Origin: Candidatus Leptofilum sp.
Lineage (GTDB): Bacteria; Chloroflexota; Anaerolineae; Promineifilales; Promineifilaceae
Assembly (NCBI RefSeq): GCF_965223285.1
Contig: NZ_OZ244997.1
Location: 3,919,150 to 3,983,149 of the forward strand
DNA: 64,000 nt
Direction: 5' to 3'
Positions 38,550 through 48,294 of the stretch are shown piece after piece. The notes under the pieces were generated by a model. The model was given only the letters and a program-made list of their open reading frames with translations, did not search any database and was not told the DNA's origin. The translations under genes were made by a program, and so were the position numbers. The number at the start of each line of letters is the position of its first letter. The first letter of the stretch is position 1.

Positions 38550-39704
38550 ATGTCTGTACCCACCCCACCTCTTACCATGGGAATTGAGGAAGAGTATCAA
38601 ATTATCGATCCCAAAACCCGTAATCTCCACGCGTACATCTCGGAATTTTTGTCGCAGGATCGGCAGCGAGAAGTGAGTCTTGGTTTAATGCCAGAATTGA
38701 TGCAGTCGCAGGTGGAAGTTGGTAGCAATGTTTGCCAGAACATTGGCGAAATCCGGCAAGAAGTTGTGCGGCTGCGGCGGGCCGTGTGTGAGTTGGCAAA
38801 GCAAAACGGCTTGGCAATTGTGGCTGCGTCCACGCATCCGTTTGCGCGATGGGATGAGCAATCAATTACGGAAGGGGTACGGTACAAGGAACTGTTGGAC
38901 GACATGCAGGGGGTTGCCAAGCGGCTGCTTATTTTTGGGATGCACGTGCATGTGGGATTTGGTAACGATTTGGAATCCAAAAATCTGATGATGGAGATTA
39001 TGAACCAAGCACGCTACTTTATCCCACATCTGTTGGCACTTTCTACCAGTTCGCCATTTTGGCACGGCCGTAACACCGGCTTGCGCTCCTACCGCAGCGT
39101 AGTCTTTGAATCGCTGCCGCGCACGGGCATTCCCCACTCATTTAACTCCTGGGGCGAGTACCAAAGCTATGAGCGCACTCTGGGTATGGTGGGAGCCTTT
39201 GGCAAAGATGATACGCGCGCTAAAATTTGGTGGGATATACGGCCGCACCCTGTCTTCGACACGCTAGAGTTTCGCATTACCGACATTTGTACAAAAGTGG
39301 ATGAAGCTGTGTGCATTGCCGCCCTCTTCCAGGCAATCTGTGCCAAGCTGATCAAGCTGCGCCGCCAAAATATGTCTTGGCGGCAATATCGCCACATGCA
39401 CATTACAGAAAACAAGTGGCGTGCCGTGCGCTACGGCATCAACGATGAATTGATAGATTTCGGCATTCAGGAGTCGGTTGCCTTCCCGAAACTGATGGAT
39501 GAGCTACTAGATTTCCTGGATGATGTGGTTGATGATTTGGGCAGTCGGCAAGAGGTCGAATATGTGCGGACGATCCTCAAAAATGGCACCAGTGCCGATC
39601 GGCAGATTGCTACCTACAATGCCAACGGCGGCGACGAAAACCGGGAAGATGCACTCAAAGCAGTTGTAGATCAGCTCGTTCGGGAAACCCGCGAGGGACT
39701 TTAA
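38550..39704 (+). CDS. Carboxylate-amine ligase, glutamate-cysteine ligase family 2 (YbdK-like)
   Basis: MGIEEEYQIIDP, ELMQSQVEV, GMHVHVG, RSYR..VFE..PRTG. Confidence 0.85.
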   Translation: MSVPTPPLTMGIEEEYQIIDPKTRNLHAYISEFLSQDRQREVSLGLMPELMQSQVEVGSNVCQNIGEIRQEVVRLRRAVCELAKQNGLAIVAASTHPFARWDEQSITEGVRYKELLDDMQGVAKRLLIFGMHVHVGFGNDLESKNLMMEIMNQARYFIPHLLALSTSSPFWHGRNTGLRSYRSVVFESLPRTGIPHSFNSWGEYQSYERTLGMVGAFGKDDTRAKIWWDIRPHPVFDTLEFRITDICTKVDEAVCIAALFQAICAKLIKLRRQNMSWRQYRHMHITENKWRAVRYGINDELIDFGIQESVAFPKLMDELLDFLDDVVDDLGSRQEVEYVRTILKNGTSADRQIATYNANGGDENREDALKAVVDQLVRETREGL

Positions 39705-39767
39705 TTTTTCGGCATGGTTCACATCAACACAACTTTCCTTTGCAAATTTGTTGCCGCAGTGACCGCC

Positions 39768-39934
39768 CGCACGAGGGTGCTTCGCACCCCGTGCGGGGAA
39801 ACTTTTGGGGTTTTTTCACTTTTTGGGGGTGTCTCACCCCCAAAAAGTGAAAAACCACCCTATCCAGCGTCGCCAGGCGCGAAGCGCCGAGGCGACGCCC
39901 CCGATTGCGGCTGAACTTTACAAAATTTGTAAAG
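39768..39934. terminator. Four consecutive strong hairpins/palindromes in a convergent intergenic region
   Basis: A: 39768-39795 (CGCACG A GGGTGC TTC GCACCC CGTGCG). B: 39812-39854 (18-bp perfect stem). C: 39868-39897 (nested GC stems). D: 39916-39934 (CTTTACAAA A TTTGTAAAG). Confidence 0.6.
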
Positions 39935-39968
39935 ATGATTTTATCCAAAATGAACCATGTCAATTTTT

Positions 39969-40637
39969 CTATTGTGTCGGCAGCACGTGGAGCAGTACGG
40001 CAAAGAAGTGGCAGGTTGAGCCGCCCAGCACAAACAGATGCCAGATGGCGTGGTTGTACGGTAGCTTTTCCCAAGCGTAAAACAGCACGCCAACCGTGTA
40101 AATCAGGCCGCCCACAACCATCCAAACAATGCCACCGGGCGGCACAGACACCAGCATTTGCTTAAAGGCAATTACCACCAGCCAGCCCATCAACACATAA
40201 GCAACTGTTGCCCACTTCTCATACTTGCCAATAAACACGGTTTTGAAGGCGATGCCAATTAAAGCCAATCCCCACACCACGCTAAAGAGCGACCAGCCCC
40301 AGGGGCCGCGCATACTCACCAGCGTAAATGGTGTGTACGTTCCGGCAATCAGTAAGTAAATAGCGGAATGGTCAAAAATACGCAGAACGCGCTTCACTTT
40401 GGGGTGCTGAATGCTGTGGTAAAGCGTGGAGCAAAGATAAAGTAGCACCAGGCTGCCGCCGTAAATGCTAAAGCTCACCACGCGCCACACGTCGCCATAA
40501 ATGACGGCCAACGACACGAGCAAGGTTAGGCCAGCAATGCTGAGGGCGGCACCAATGCCATGCGTAATGCTGTTGGCAATTTCCTCGCCAATGGTGTAGC
40601 CCATCACATTCGTTGGTAAACTCTTTTTTCTGTTCAT
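39969..40637 (-). CDS. Hemolysin III / PAQR family channel protein
   Basis: EIANSITHGIG, STLYHS, DHSAIYLLIAGTYTPF, HAIWHLFVLGGSTCHF, and 7 TM helices. Confidence 0.88.
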   Translation of the reverse strand: MNRKKSLPTNVMGYTIGEEIANSITHGIGAALSIAGLTLLVSLAVIYGDVWRVVSFSIYGGSLVLLYLCSTLYHSIQHPKVKRVLRIFDHSAIYLLIAGTYTPFTLVSMRGPWGWSLFSVVWGLALIGIAFKTVFIGKYEKWATVAYVLMGWLVVIAFKQMLVSVPPGGIVWMVVGGLIYTVGVLFYAWEKLPYNHAIWHLFVLGGSTCHFFAVLLHVLPTQ

Positions 40638-40759
40638 TGGCTGTCTTCCTGCTCCATAAATGTTCCACAGCAATGCTGCATGGTTCGTAGCGTATCACAA
40701 ATTATATGGGGTTCAAACGGCCGTTTCCTATCTTTTAACTATCAATAAGGAATCAATAT

Positions 40760-41419
40760 ATGAGCGGAAAATTGATTGACGTGAGCCACATCGTAAAACA
40801 GGGCGTGGTTACCTACAAAGGGTTGCCCGCGCCAATAATCTGCGATTTTATTAGCCGAGAAGCGTCGCGAGAACATTATGCAGAAGGCACAGAGTTCCAT
40901 ATTGGCAAAATTGAGATGGTAGCCAACACGGGCACCTACGTGGATGCACCTTTCCATCGGTACGCCGACGGCAAGGATTTGTCCGAATTGCCGCTCAGTT
41001 CGCTGGCAAATTTGGATTGTGTGGTAATTCGCGTGCCAGAGGGCTACGGCCGTTCCCTCCACCCCGATCTGCTGCCAGGAACAAATTTACAGGGGAAAGC
41101 CGTCCTATTTCACACCGGCTGGTCGCAGCATTGGAACAGTGAGCAATATTTTGAGGGGCACTCCTTTTTGACGGCGGAAACGGCCGTTACACTGCAAAAA
41201 GCCGGGGTCGCAATGGTGGGTATCGACTCCTACAACATCGACGATACGGACGACGGCACGCGTCCTGTCCATTCCACGCTGCTGCACCACGACATCCCCA
41301 TTGCTGAGCATCTCACCAACCTCTATGCTCTCCCCGACGACAACTTCCGCTTTTTTGCGGTGCCGGTGAAGGTGAAAGCGTTTGGTACTTTCCCCGTCCG
41401 TGCGTTTGGCCTTGTGTAA
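40760..41419 (+). CDS. Cyclase family protein (kynurenine formamidase-like)
   Basis: GTYVDAPFHRY, VLFHTGW, VGIDSYNIDD, PVHSTLL. Confidence 0.8.
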   Translation: MSGKLIDVSHIVKQGVVTYKGLPAPIICDFISREASREHYAEGTEFHIGKIEMVANTGTYVDAPFHRYADGKDLSELPLSSLANLDCVVIRVPEGYGRSLHPDLLPGTNLQGKAVLFHTGWSQHWNSEQYFEGHSFLTAETAVTLQKAGVAMVGIDSYNIDDTDDGTRPVHSTLLHHDIPIAEHLTNLYALPDDNFRFFAVPVKVKAFGTFPVRAFGLV

Positions 41420-41493
41420 ATGGAAGTGTGGGGTAAAATTCAGCACAGATGTTCTTTTGCAAGAGATTTTTTGACTCTTTGAGATTTCAGGGG

Positions 41494-41553
41494 ATTCGCA
41501 TCTAATTTACGCAAATTTCGTGTTAATTCGCGCAAATTCGGCGCAATAATCAG
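41494..41553. repeat. Tandem ~9-10-nt stutter tract (AATTYRCGY words)
   Basis: GATTCGCATCT AATTTACGC AAATTTCGTG TTAATTCGCGC AAATTCGGCGC AATAATCAG. Confidence 0.7.
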
Positions 41554-41613
41554 TTGGACCCCGCCAGCTCCTGAAAACCTGATTTTCTTATGCAATCCGC
41601 TTGGAGGTGAAAG

Positions 41614-42282
41614 ATGACCCAAACTGCTGAACAATTGATCAGGAAGCTGATTGAGGCGATGGGTGGTGAGGAAACGGCCGTTGCCATCCAGTCGATCCAC
41701 GCCATTGCCAATTGCACCTCACCACACGGCAATTACACCACAGAAATTCGGTCAGCCCGTGGGCAGCGATTGCATTTTGAGCAAACGTGGCCCGGCAACC
41801 CGCCCTTTCGTGCCATCATCAATGGCGAATATGCCTGGGGTGCTGATCCCCAAACTGGCGATTTACGCCGCCTTGCAAAGGCCAGCATCGCCATGCTGCG
41901 CGGCCATGAATTTCAGATGATGCCCCTCACTTTGCCAGAACGTTTTGATCAAATGGCGGTTGGCACAGCAGCCAGCTTTGCCGGAAAGCAGTGTGCTACC
42001 ATTCAAGCCATCGACGAACTGGAGAAGCCCTGCACCCTCTACTTTGACTTGACCACAGGCTTAATGGCTGGTTTTGTCATCGTCAATCCAAATGGTGAGG
42101 CAGGGGAGACGGTACAAACCGTCTTCAACGAGTGGCAAATGGTTGACGGCATCCAGCTGCCCCGCAAGGTCACCGCCACAGACAGCAGCGGCGATTTTGT
42201 GCTAGATTTTCACACCATTACCTTGAACAAGGTAGATGGAACATTATTTACCGTGCCGGAAGCGATTGCCGCTGGTGAATGA
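41614..42282 (+). CDS. Hypothetical protein
   Basis: GGAGGTGAAAG RBS before the ATG and coding-like composition. No recognised motif. Confidence 0.5.
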   Translation: MTQTAEQLIRKLIEAMGGEETAVAIQSIHAIANCTSPHGNYTTEIRSARGQRLHFEQTWPGNPPFRAIINGEYAWGADPQTGDLRRLAKASIAMLRGHEFQMMPLTLPERFDQMAVGTAASFAGKQCATIQAIDELEKPCTLYFDLTTGLMAGFVIVNPNGEAGETVQTVFNEWQMVDGIQLPRKVTATDSSGDFVLDFHTITLNKVDGTLFTVPEAIAAGE

Positions 42283-42322
42283 ACACGTCTTTGCTTAACC
42301 ACAGACAACGGAGGATTTTCCG

Positions 42323-42709
42323 ATGGCAAAATTGGATTTATTTGGACTGGTTGTAAAAGATATGGCTGCGTCGCTGCAATTTTATCGGCTGCTGGGGCTG
42401 GACATACCGGCGGAGATGGATAGTGAGGGGCATGTGGAAATCACGCTGTCCGGCGGCCTGCGGCTGGCTTGGGACACGCTGGACGTGATTTTGAGCTTTA
42501 ACGATGCGTGGGAAACGCCAGTTGGCCACCGCATGGGCCTCGCCTTTTTATGCGACAGCCCGGCCGAGGTAGACAAACTGCATACAGACGTGGTCACGGC
42601 GGGCTACGGTAGCCACAAACCGCCCTGGGATGCCTTTTGGGGCCAGCGTTACGCCCAAGTCAAAGACCCCGACGACAATATCGTGGATCTGTTTGCCCCA
42701 CTCACGTAG
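42323..42709 (+). CDS. VOC (glyoxalase / bleomycin-resistance) family protein
   Basis: The size and the FYRLLGL...HVEI...L...D pattern fit the VOC fold. Confidence 0.7.
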   Translation: MAKLDLFGLVVKDMAASLQFYRLLGLDIPAEMDSEGHVEITLSGGLRLAWDTLDVILSFNDAWETPVGHRMGLAFLCDSPAEVDKLHTDVVTAGYGSHKPPWDAFWGQRYAQVKDPDDNIVDLFAPLT

Positions 42710-42750
42710 CCGCGGATTCGTTCCGCGCTATGAGAAACTACGGCTACGGT

Positions 42751-44781
42751 TTATTCATGGCGCAAAGCCGCTACCGGGTCCAGCTTGGCGGCGCGGGCGG
42801 CGGGATACAGTCCGGCCACAATGCCAATGAAGGTGGCGAACGCCATCGCGCCGATGGCCAACCACCACGGCACGACGGAAAGTTGGCCAATACCGGTGAT
42901 GCCTTCAGCTATGAGGAAGCGGTGGCCAATCCAGTCAACCAGCCGCCCCAGCAGCGTGCCGAAAATAAGGCCAAAGAAGCCGCCCAGCAGCCCCAGCATG
43001 GCTGCTTCCACCGTGAACAAGGCTCGAATCTCCCGCGCTGATGCCCCCAATGCCTTGAGTACGCCAATCTCGCGGGTGCGCTCGTAGATGGCCATCATCA
43101 TGGTGTTAGCCACGCCGAGGGCAGCAACTAGCAGGGCCAGCCCACCCACAGAGCCAAGCAATGCCTGCATCAGCCCCAGCACCTGGTTGGCTACGTTCAA
43201 AATCGCTTCCAGCGATTGGGTTTGTAGGCCTAGCTCTTCGATTTCGGTGGATACGGCCGTAATCGCCCCCAAATCCGTCGTTTGCACAATCAAGCCATTG
43301 TATCCTTCCGTTTGTAAGATATTTGGCTCGTTGAACCACCAGGCCAAAATCGCTTCCCGCTCGGCCAGTCCCAGCTCGATGATGCTGCCGCCAAAACCAT
43401 CGCGAACCCCCATGATCTCGCTGGTGAACGTTTCCGTCTCGCCGCGCGGCAGTTGCACCGTCAAAATAATTTCCTCACCGATCAGGCTGTCATACGATTC
43501 GCCCTCAGCCAGCAGCGAATCGGCTAAGCCATTCACCAGCACCGTTCCCTCAGAGGCGCGATCATCCAAAAAAGAGCCAGCCAACGGTTCCGGGTCAGTG
43601 CCAAAGCTGAACTCTGGTTCATTGCCGTCAGTTACACGGATGGGTAGTGAGGTGTCTCCGTAGGTGAGGGCGATGTCAATACTGAACGGCAGCTGTAGCT
43701 CAGGCGTCACATTCACAACGTCTGGGATTTGCTCAATTTGGGCCACAAGTTCGGGCGTAATTGGTGACTCCGGTTCCGGCTCAGCGAACGGATCAAAGGC
43801 GTCGGGTTCCTCATAAATGGGGCGGACGAACAGGTTTTCCAGGCCAATGCTCTCGAAGTTGCGCTGCACCTCGCGCTGCACGCCCACGCCAAAGGAAACC
43901 ATCGCCACCAGGGTGACAATGCCAATGAGGACGCCGCCAGCCGTCAGCACGTTGCGCACCGGGCGGCGGCGCAGGTTGCTGAGTGCTTGGCGGATGATGT
44001 CGCTAAATTGCAGGCCTGCTCCGACTGGTCTCCTGACCGTGCCGGATTGTGGCTCGGTGGGGACACCGGCCACAGCGGGGTTCGAAGATCGGCCGGAGCC
44101 AGCCACTTCTTCCACAATGTCCCCGTCGCGCAGCTTGACGATGCGGTCGGCGTAGGCGGCCACCTCTTCGTCGTGGGTAACGACGATGAGGGTGATGCCT
44201 TGCTCGCGGTTCAGTTCTTGCAGCAGAGCCATCACCTCTTCGCCCGTTTTGGAATCGAGGTTGCCGGTGGGTTCGTCCGCCAGGATGAGGCTGGGGTTGT
44301 GGATGAGAGCGCGGGCAACGGCCGTTCGCTGCTGCTCACCCCCGGAAAGTTCAGTGGGGTAATGGTCCAGCCGATGGCCAAGCCCTACTTTTTTCAGCAA
44401 TGCTTTGGCGCGTGCTTCCCGCTCATCTACGCCAACGCCAGAGAGCATGAGGGGAATAGCTACATTTTCAACGGCCGTTAGCCGAGGCAGCAGGTTAAAG
44501 CTCTGGAAAATAAAGCCGATGCGCTGGCGACGGTGCAGGGTGCGGTCGGCTTCGGTGGCGGTGTGCAGGGCGGTGCCGTTAAGCCACAGCTCTCCCGCCG
44601 AGGCACGGTCTAGCCCGCCCAGCAGGTTGAGCAAGGTCGATTTGCCAGAACCGGAGGGGCCAACCAGGGCCACAAATTCACCCGGTTCAATCGACAAATC
44701 GACGCCGCGCAGTGCCTGCACATCCATGCCGCCGCGCTCAAATTGGCGGGCGAGATTAGTGAGTTTGATTGGATCGGTCAT
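42751..44781 (-). CDS. MacB-like fused ABC ATPase + FtsX permease
   Basis: GPSGSGKSTLLN, LSGGEQQRTAVARAL, LILADEPTGNLD, then 4 TM helices with a large extracytoplasmic loop. Confidence 0.88.
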   Translation of the reverse strand: MTDPIKLTNLARQFERGGMDVQALRGVDLSIEPGEFVALVGPSGSGKSTLLNLLGGLDRASAGELWLNGTALHTATEADRTLHRRQRIGFIFQSFNLLPRLTAVENVAIPLMLSGVGVDEREARAKALLKKVGLGHRLDHYPTELSGGEQQRTAVARALIHNPSLILADEPTGNLDSKTGEEVMALLQELNREQGITLIVVTHDEEVAAYADRIVKLRDGDIVEEVAGSGRSSNPAVAGVPTEPQSGTVRRPVGAGLQFSDIIRQALSNLRRRPVRNVLTAGGVLIGIVTLVAMVSFGVGVQREVQRNFESIGLENLFVRPIYEEPDAFDPFAEPEPESPITPELVAQIEQIPDVVNVTPELQLPFSIDIALTYGDTSLPIRVTDGNEPEFSFGTDPEPLAGSFLDDRASEGTVLVNGLADSLLAEGESYDSLIGEEIILTVQLPRGETETFTSEIMGVRDGFGGSIIELGLAEREAILAWWFNEPNILQTEGYNGLIVQTTDLGAITAVSTEIEELGLQTQSLEAILNVANQVLGLMQALLGSVGGLALLVAALGVANTMMMAIYERTREIGVLKALGASAREIRALFTVEAAMLGLLGGFFGLIFGTLLGRLVDWIGHRFLIAEGITGIGQLSVVPWWLAIGAMAFATFIGIVAGLYPAARAAKLDPVAALRHE

Positions 44782-44801
44782 AGGGATCGGTATTCGGTGG
44801 T

Positions 44802-44845
44802 CAGTATTCAGTAATCAGTTTGAACGTACCGATTACTGAATACTG
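44802..44845. repeat. Perfect 15-bp hairpin of the GTAATCAGT word family
   Basis: CAGTATTCAGTAATC (44802-44816) / GATTACTGAATACTG (44831-44845), between two co-oriented genes. Confidence 0.8.
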
Positions 44846-44854
44846 TTTACTGAC

Positions 44855-46021
44855 TTACTGGAGCGATTCCGCAATCGCTAACGCCTCTTCCCCGGTCAGG
44901 TCGCCGCCAATCCAGTATTGGATGTCGCCTTCGGACCAGTTGAGCAACGTACGGCCGTCCTCTGCATCGGTGTACAACATGCCGTCCACGCCACGCACGG
45001 TGACGGTTTCACCACCCTCATCGGGAGTGAGGTTCACATCGGTACGACCCTGGGCAATGGTGAAGGAACGGCCGTTTGGCAAACCATACCGCTCCACAAT
45101 TGCGCCGCGCACATTCGTGGTTTCGCGCAGGGTGGCCTCACCGGGCAGACGGGTCGGAGCCAATAGCTCAAAGTCTGGCTCGACGGCAGCAGCCTCTTCC
45201 AGTTCATCATAATCTGGCAGCTCAATTTCGGCCGCGTCAATCACCGTTGCTCCCTCAGGAATGGTGAAGGTGAAAACGGAATCGTCGATCCCCTGGTTGA
45301 GTTCCAGAAAGGTGGCACGCGCCACGCCAGAACCGAGGGCACTGTCTACATACTCAATGCCCACCGGCGCACTGTCGCCGTCACGCAGCCAAACGTTAAG
45401 CAGACCACCTGCCGCACGCACTTCTTCTGGCATTTGCTCTGGGATGGGAATGAGGCGGATGGTGTTTACGTCTGAGTTACCAACCACATCCGAACCAGCC
45501 CGTTCCGCCGTAAAATATTCCAGCAACATGGTGACCGCTTCTTCTGGCGTTTCTGGAATCGCTTCCTCGTCAAATTCGCCTTCATACCCATCCAGATCAT
45601 GGTCAAATTCCTGTCCGGCCATTTCTGCGGCGAAGCGTTCGTACAGTTCTTCAAACTGGCCCACCAGCACTACGTTTTCGGTAGGGTTCCACACCCAGAA
45701 CTGGGTGCCGTCGCTCACGGCGATGGTGCCGATGAGGTCGGCTTCATTGGCCGTGAGCACTTCAACGCGGAAGGCTGGCTCGCCGTTGGGGCCAGCGTCC
45801 AGGCGGCCCCATGCTTCCACGGTGCCGCTCATTTCCTGGTCAGGAATGTCTACTGACAGTTCAACAATGGCGTGACCATCGGTGATGGTTTGGCTGGTTT
45901 CCAGCGACTGCACCAGCAAATCCTCGGCGGAGGGAATGACAAACGCGCCAATGGCAACGGCCGTTCCGGCCAGCACCACCAACGCCAGTAAAATACTTAA
46001 TAATCGTTTGCGTGATTGCAT
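44855..46021 (-). CDS. Secreted LolA-like / DUF4367-domain protein
   Basis: Signal/anchor LLSILLALVVLAGTAVAIGA. The C-terminal LNWSEGDIQYWIGGDLTGEEALAIAESL resembles the C-terminus of the anti-sigma protein at 50326..51078. Confidence 0.6.
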   Translation of the reverse strand: MQSRKRLLSILLALVVLAGTAVAIGAFVIPSAEDLLVQSLETSQTITDGHAIVELSVDIPDQEMSGTVEAWGRLDAGPNGEPAFRVEVLTANEADLIGTIAVSDGTQFWVWNPTENVVLVGQFEELYERFAAEMAGQEFDHDLDGYEGEFDEEAIPETPEEAVTMLLEYFTAERAGSDVVGNSDVNTIRLIPIPEQMPEEVRAAGGLLNVWLRDGDSAPVGIEYVDSALGSGVARATFLELNQGIDDSVFTFTIPEGATVIDAAEIELPDYDELEEAAAVEPDFELLAPTRLPGEATLRETTNVRGAIVERYGLPNGRSFTIAQGRTDVNLTPDEGGETVTVRGVDGMLYTDAEDGRTLLNWSEGDIQYWIGGDLTGEEALAIAESLQ

Positions 46022-46228
46022 AATTAACTCCCAATTTAGTCATGGTTTTGCGTCATCAATCCTCTAAACACCATGCCTACCTTGATTGTGACATGGAATA
46101 CGGCCGTTGTGACCAACCCCGTTCTCGCTCTCATGCACCACTCAGGTTGGATTCTCTTACAAAGGGTGGTTGCCTGAGATGACTCCCTGCGTCACAATTG
46201 CGGCATCAACAATTGGGAGAGTTGCCAC

Positions 46229-47029
46229 ATGGACATTTTAGAGAGCATCAATCAACACCGCTCGATTCGCGCTTACAAACCAGACCCTGTGCCAGATGAT
46301 TTGCTCAACGAAATTTTGGCCGCTGGCATTCGCGCCTCCTCATCGGGCAATATGCAAACGTATTCGATTATCGTCACCCGCGACAGAGCGTTGCGCGAGC
46401 GGCTTTACAAACCGCATATGGAACAAAGCATGGTGCTGGATGCCCCCGTGCTGCTCACCTTTTGCGCCGATTTTCACCGAATGCGTCGCTGGCTCAAGCT
46501 AAATGACGCACCGGATAATTTTGACAACTTCATGAGCTTCATGATTGCCACCATTGACACCGTGCTGGTGTCGCAAAATGTGGCCCTGGCGGCCGAGGCG
46601 CGGGGGCTGGGCATTTGCTACATGGGCAGCACGCTGGCCAACTGCGACGAGATCGGCCGGATTTTGCAGGTGCCGCCCAACGTGGTGCCAGTGGCGGGTT
46701 TCTCGCTGGGCTACCCAGCAGAAGACCCGGCCCCGCGTGACCGTCTGCCGCTGGCAGGGCTGGTGCATCAGGAGACGTACCGCGCCGAGAGCGATGACGA
46801 CATTGCCCAGATTTACGAAGAGCGCAACGTCAAAGGGTGGGAACGGTACATGACCTTCCCGCGTCTGCGGCGGATGGTAGAAGAGTCTGGCGTGGAAAAT
46901 TTGGCGCAGATTTATACGGTGGTGAAGTACACAAAAGCATCATACCAGGAATTTTCGCAAAAAGTGTTAGCCTATCTGCAAGCCCAATCGTTTATGAATA
47001 ATGAGGTTATTGAAAAAGCCATAGATTAA
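46229..47029 (+). CDS. Nitroreductase family protein (NfsA-like)
   Basis: HRSIRAYKPDPVPDDLLNEILAAGIRASSSGNMQ. Confidence 0.85.
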   Translation: MDILESINQHRSIRAYKPDPVPDDLLNEILAAGIRASSSGNMQTYSIIVTRDRALRERLYKPHMEQSMVLDAPVLLTFCADFHRMRRWLKLNDAPDNFDNFMSFMIATIDTVLVSQNVALAAEARGLGICYMGSTLANCDEIGRILQVPPNVVPVAGFSLGYPAEDPAPRDRLPLAGLVHQETYRAESDDDIAQIYEERNVKGWERYMTFPRLRRMVEESGVENLAQIYTVVKYTKASYQEFSQKVLAYLQAQSFMNNEVIEKAID

Positions 47030-47073
47030 CGCAGATTTTCAACATAATTGGACACCGGAATGACAAACACATT

Positions 47074-48294
47074 GTGCAAGATTTAGAAATTATTTGGCAG
47101 GAAATTGAAGCAACGGCCGTTTCCGCCGGACTCGATCCCACCAAGTTTACAGACACGCACCGAGAAATCTTGAGCCAGATCATCTCGTTTTTGCAAACGC
47201 CCCGGCCAGCGGTGGAACATGAACCAAATGGCTGGCGTAAATGGCTGCCTCTGGACAAAAATGGGGGTGCAAAACGGCCGTCCGCAATCACACCACCTGC
47301 CCCCATCATCATCTGCGGTGAACCCGGCACGGGCAAAACCACCTTCCTCAACGTGTTAGATTTGGTGCTGCGCCGCACCTTCAACTTGCCAGACAACATC
47401 CAGCCAGTCATGCACAAAGGTGCGCATGAATATTATGTGACCAAGCGACTGCTGAACGGCCGTGCCATCAGCCTGCTCTCCGTAAAAAAGTGGACCGATC
47501 TGCTGCACTTTTACACCTGGGATCGGGCAACCCACGGGCTGGTTGCGGCAGACCGCACGGCGTTTGTGCAAGAAACGCTGCTGCCCATGCGGCTCATCTT
47601 TGCCGATGAGGTGGAGATGACTGGCTACTCGCCCACGCTGCCCATTTTGGCGCAGCACGGCTTACTGGTCATTGGTACCTCGAACCAAAGCCGCTTTGCC
47701 CAGCTCGAAGAGCGGCAGGTGCCACCACACGTTTACACCTTTGCAGGCATTGATTTACGGGCAGGCACGCCTGCCGAGGCCGTGGTGCAGCCAGAAGACC
47801 CTGCCTGGGCTATTTTTGATCACCTGCAAGCGCAGCCTGTGGCACAGTTTGAGCAACTTGCCTACCAACAGCAGCAAATTGGGGAGGTGCTTTTTGTGAG
47901 AATGGCGTTTGATACGGCCGTCCGCGCCCCGCTGCTAGAAAATGAGTGGGCTACTTTCCTGCAAACGTTACCTCGCCAACCAGGTACGCCGATTGTTTTT
48001 TTGTTGGATGATTTTTCGCTGGAGATTTTGCGCACCGATTACAACGCCACCATCCGCTTTGTCTCTCTGTTTGATCTCATTGAGCAGCAGGGGATTGGCG
48101 TGCTGGTGCGCAACCAGGCTGGTCTGGCAGAACTGTCCCGCGAGGCGTTGAGCCATATGAAGATTACGATTCATGCTGCACGGGGCGTGCCAGAAACGAT
48201 TAAGGTGAAAACGGCCGTTGGCATCGATCGCGCCACCTCCCGCATTGGCCAGGCCGGGCATATGGGACATCGTCTTCTTAAACAAGCTGCCTGA
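47074..48294 (+). CDS. Divergent P-loop ATPase, AFG1/ZapE-like layout
   Basis: Walker A GEPGTGKTT, Walker B LIFADEVEM, GTSNQ. GTG start with a weak RBS. Confidence 0.55.
   Translation: MQDLEIIWQEIEATAVSAGLDPTKFTDTHREILSQIISFLQTPRPAVEHEPNGWRKWLPLDKNGGAKRPSAITPPAPIIICGEPGTGKTTFLNVLDLVLRRTFNLPDNIQPVMHKGAHEYYVTKRLLNGRAISLLSVKKWTDLLHFYTWDRATHGLVAADRTAFVQETLLPMRLIFADEVEMTGYSPTLPILAQHGLLVIGTSNQSRFAQLEERQVPPHVYTFAGIDLRAGTPAEAVVQPEDPAWAIFDHLQAQPVAQFEQLAYQQQQIGEVLFVRMAFDTAVRAPLLENEWATFLQTLPRQPGTPIVFLLDDFSLEILRTDYNATIRFVSLFDLIEQQGIGVLVRNQAGLAELSREALSHMKITIHAARGVPETIKVKTAVGIDRATSRIGQAGHMGHRLLKQAA

Noticed and set aside
39714-40165. Several 60-130-aa ORFs on both strands in the convergent spacer
   Set aside because: They are encoded by the palindromic hairpins themselves or overlap the hemolysin-III gene out of frame. 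They have no RBS.
41494-41553. Possible CRISPR array (also considered at 33991-34062, 30441-30480 and 57011-57050)
   Set aside because: The repeat units are only 7-10 nt long, degenerate, and directly abutting without spacers. No cas genes are present.
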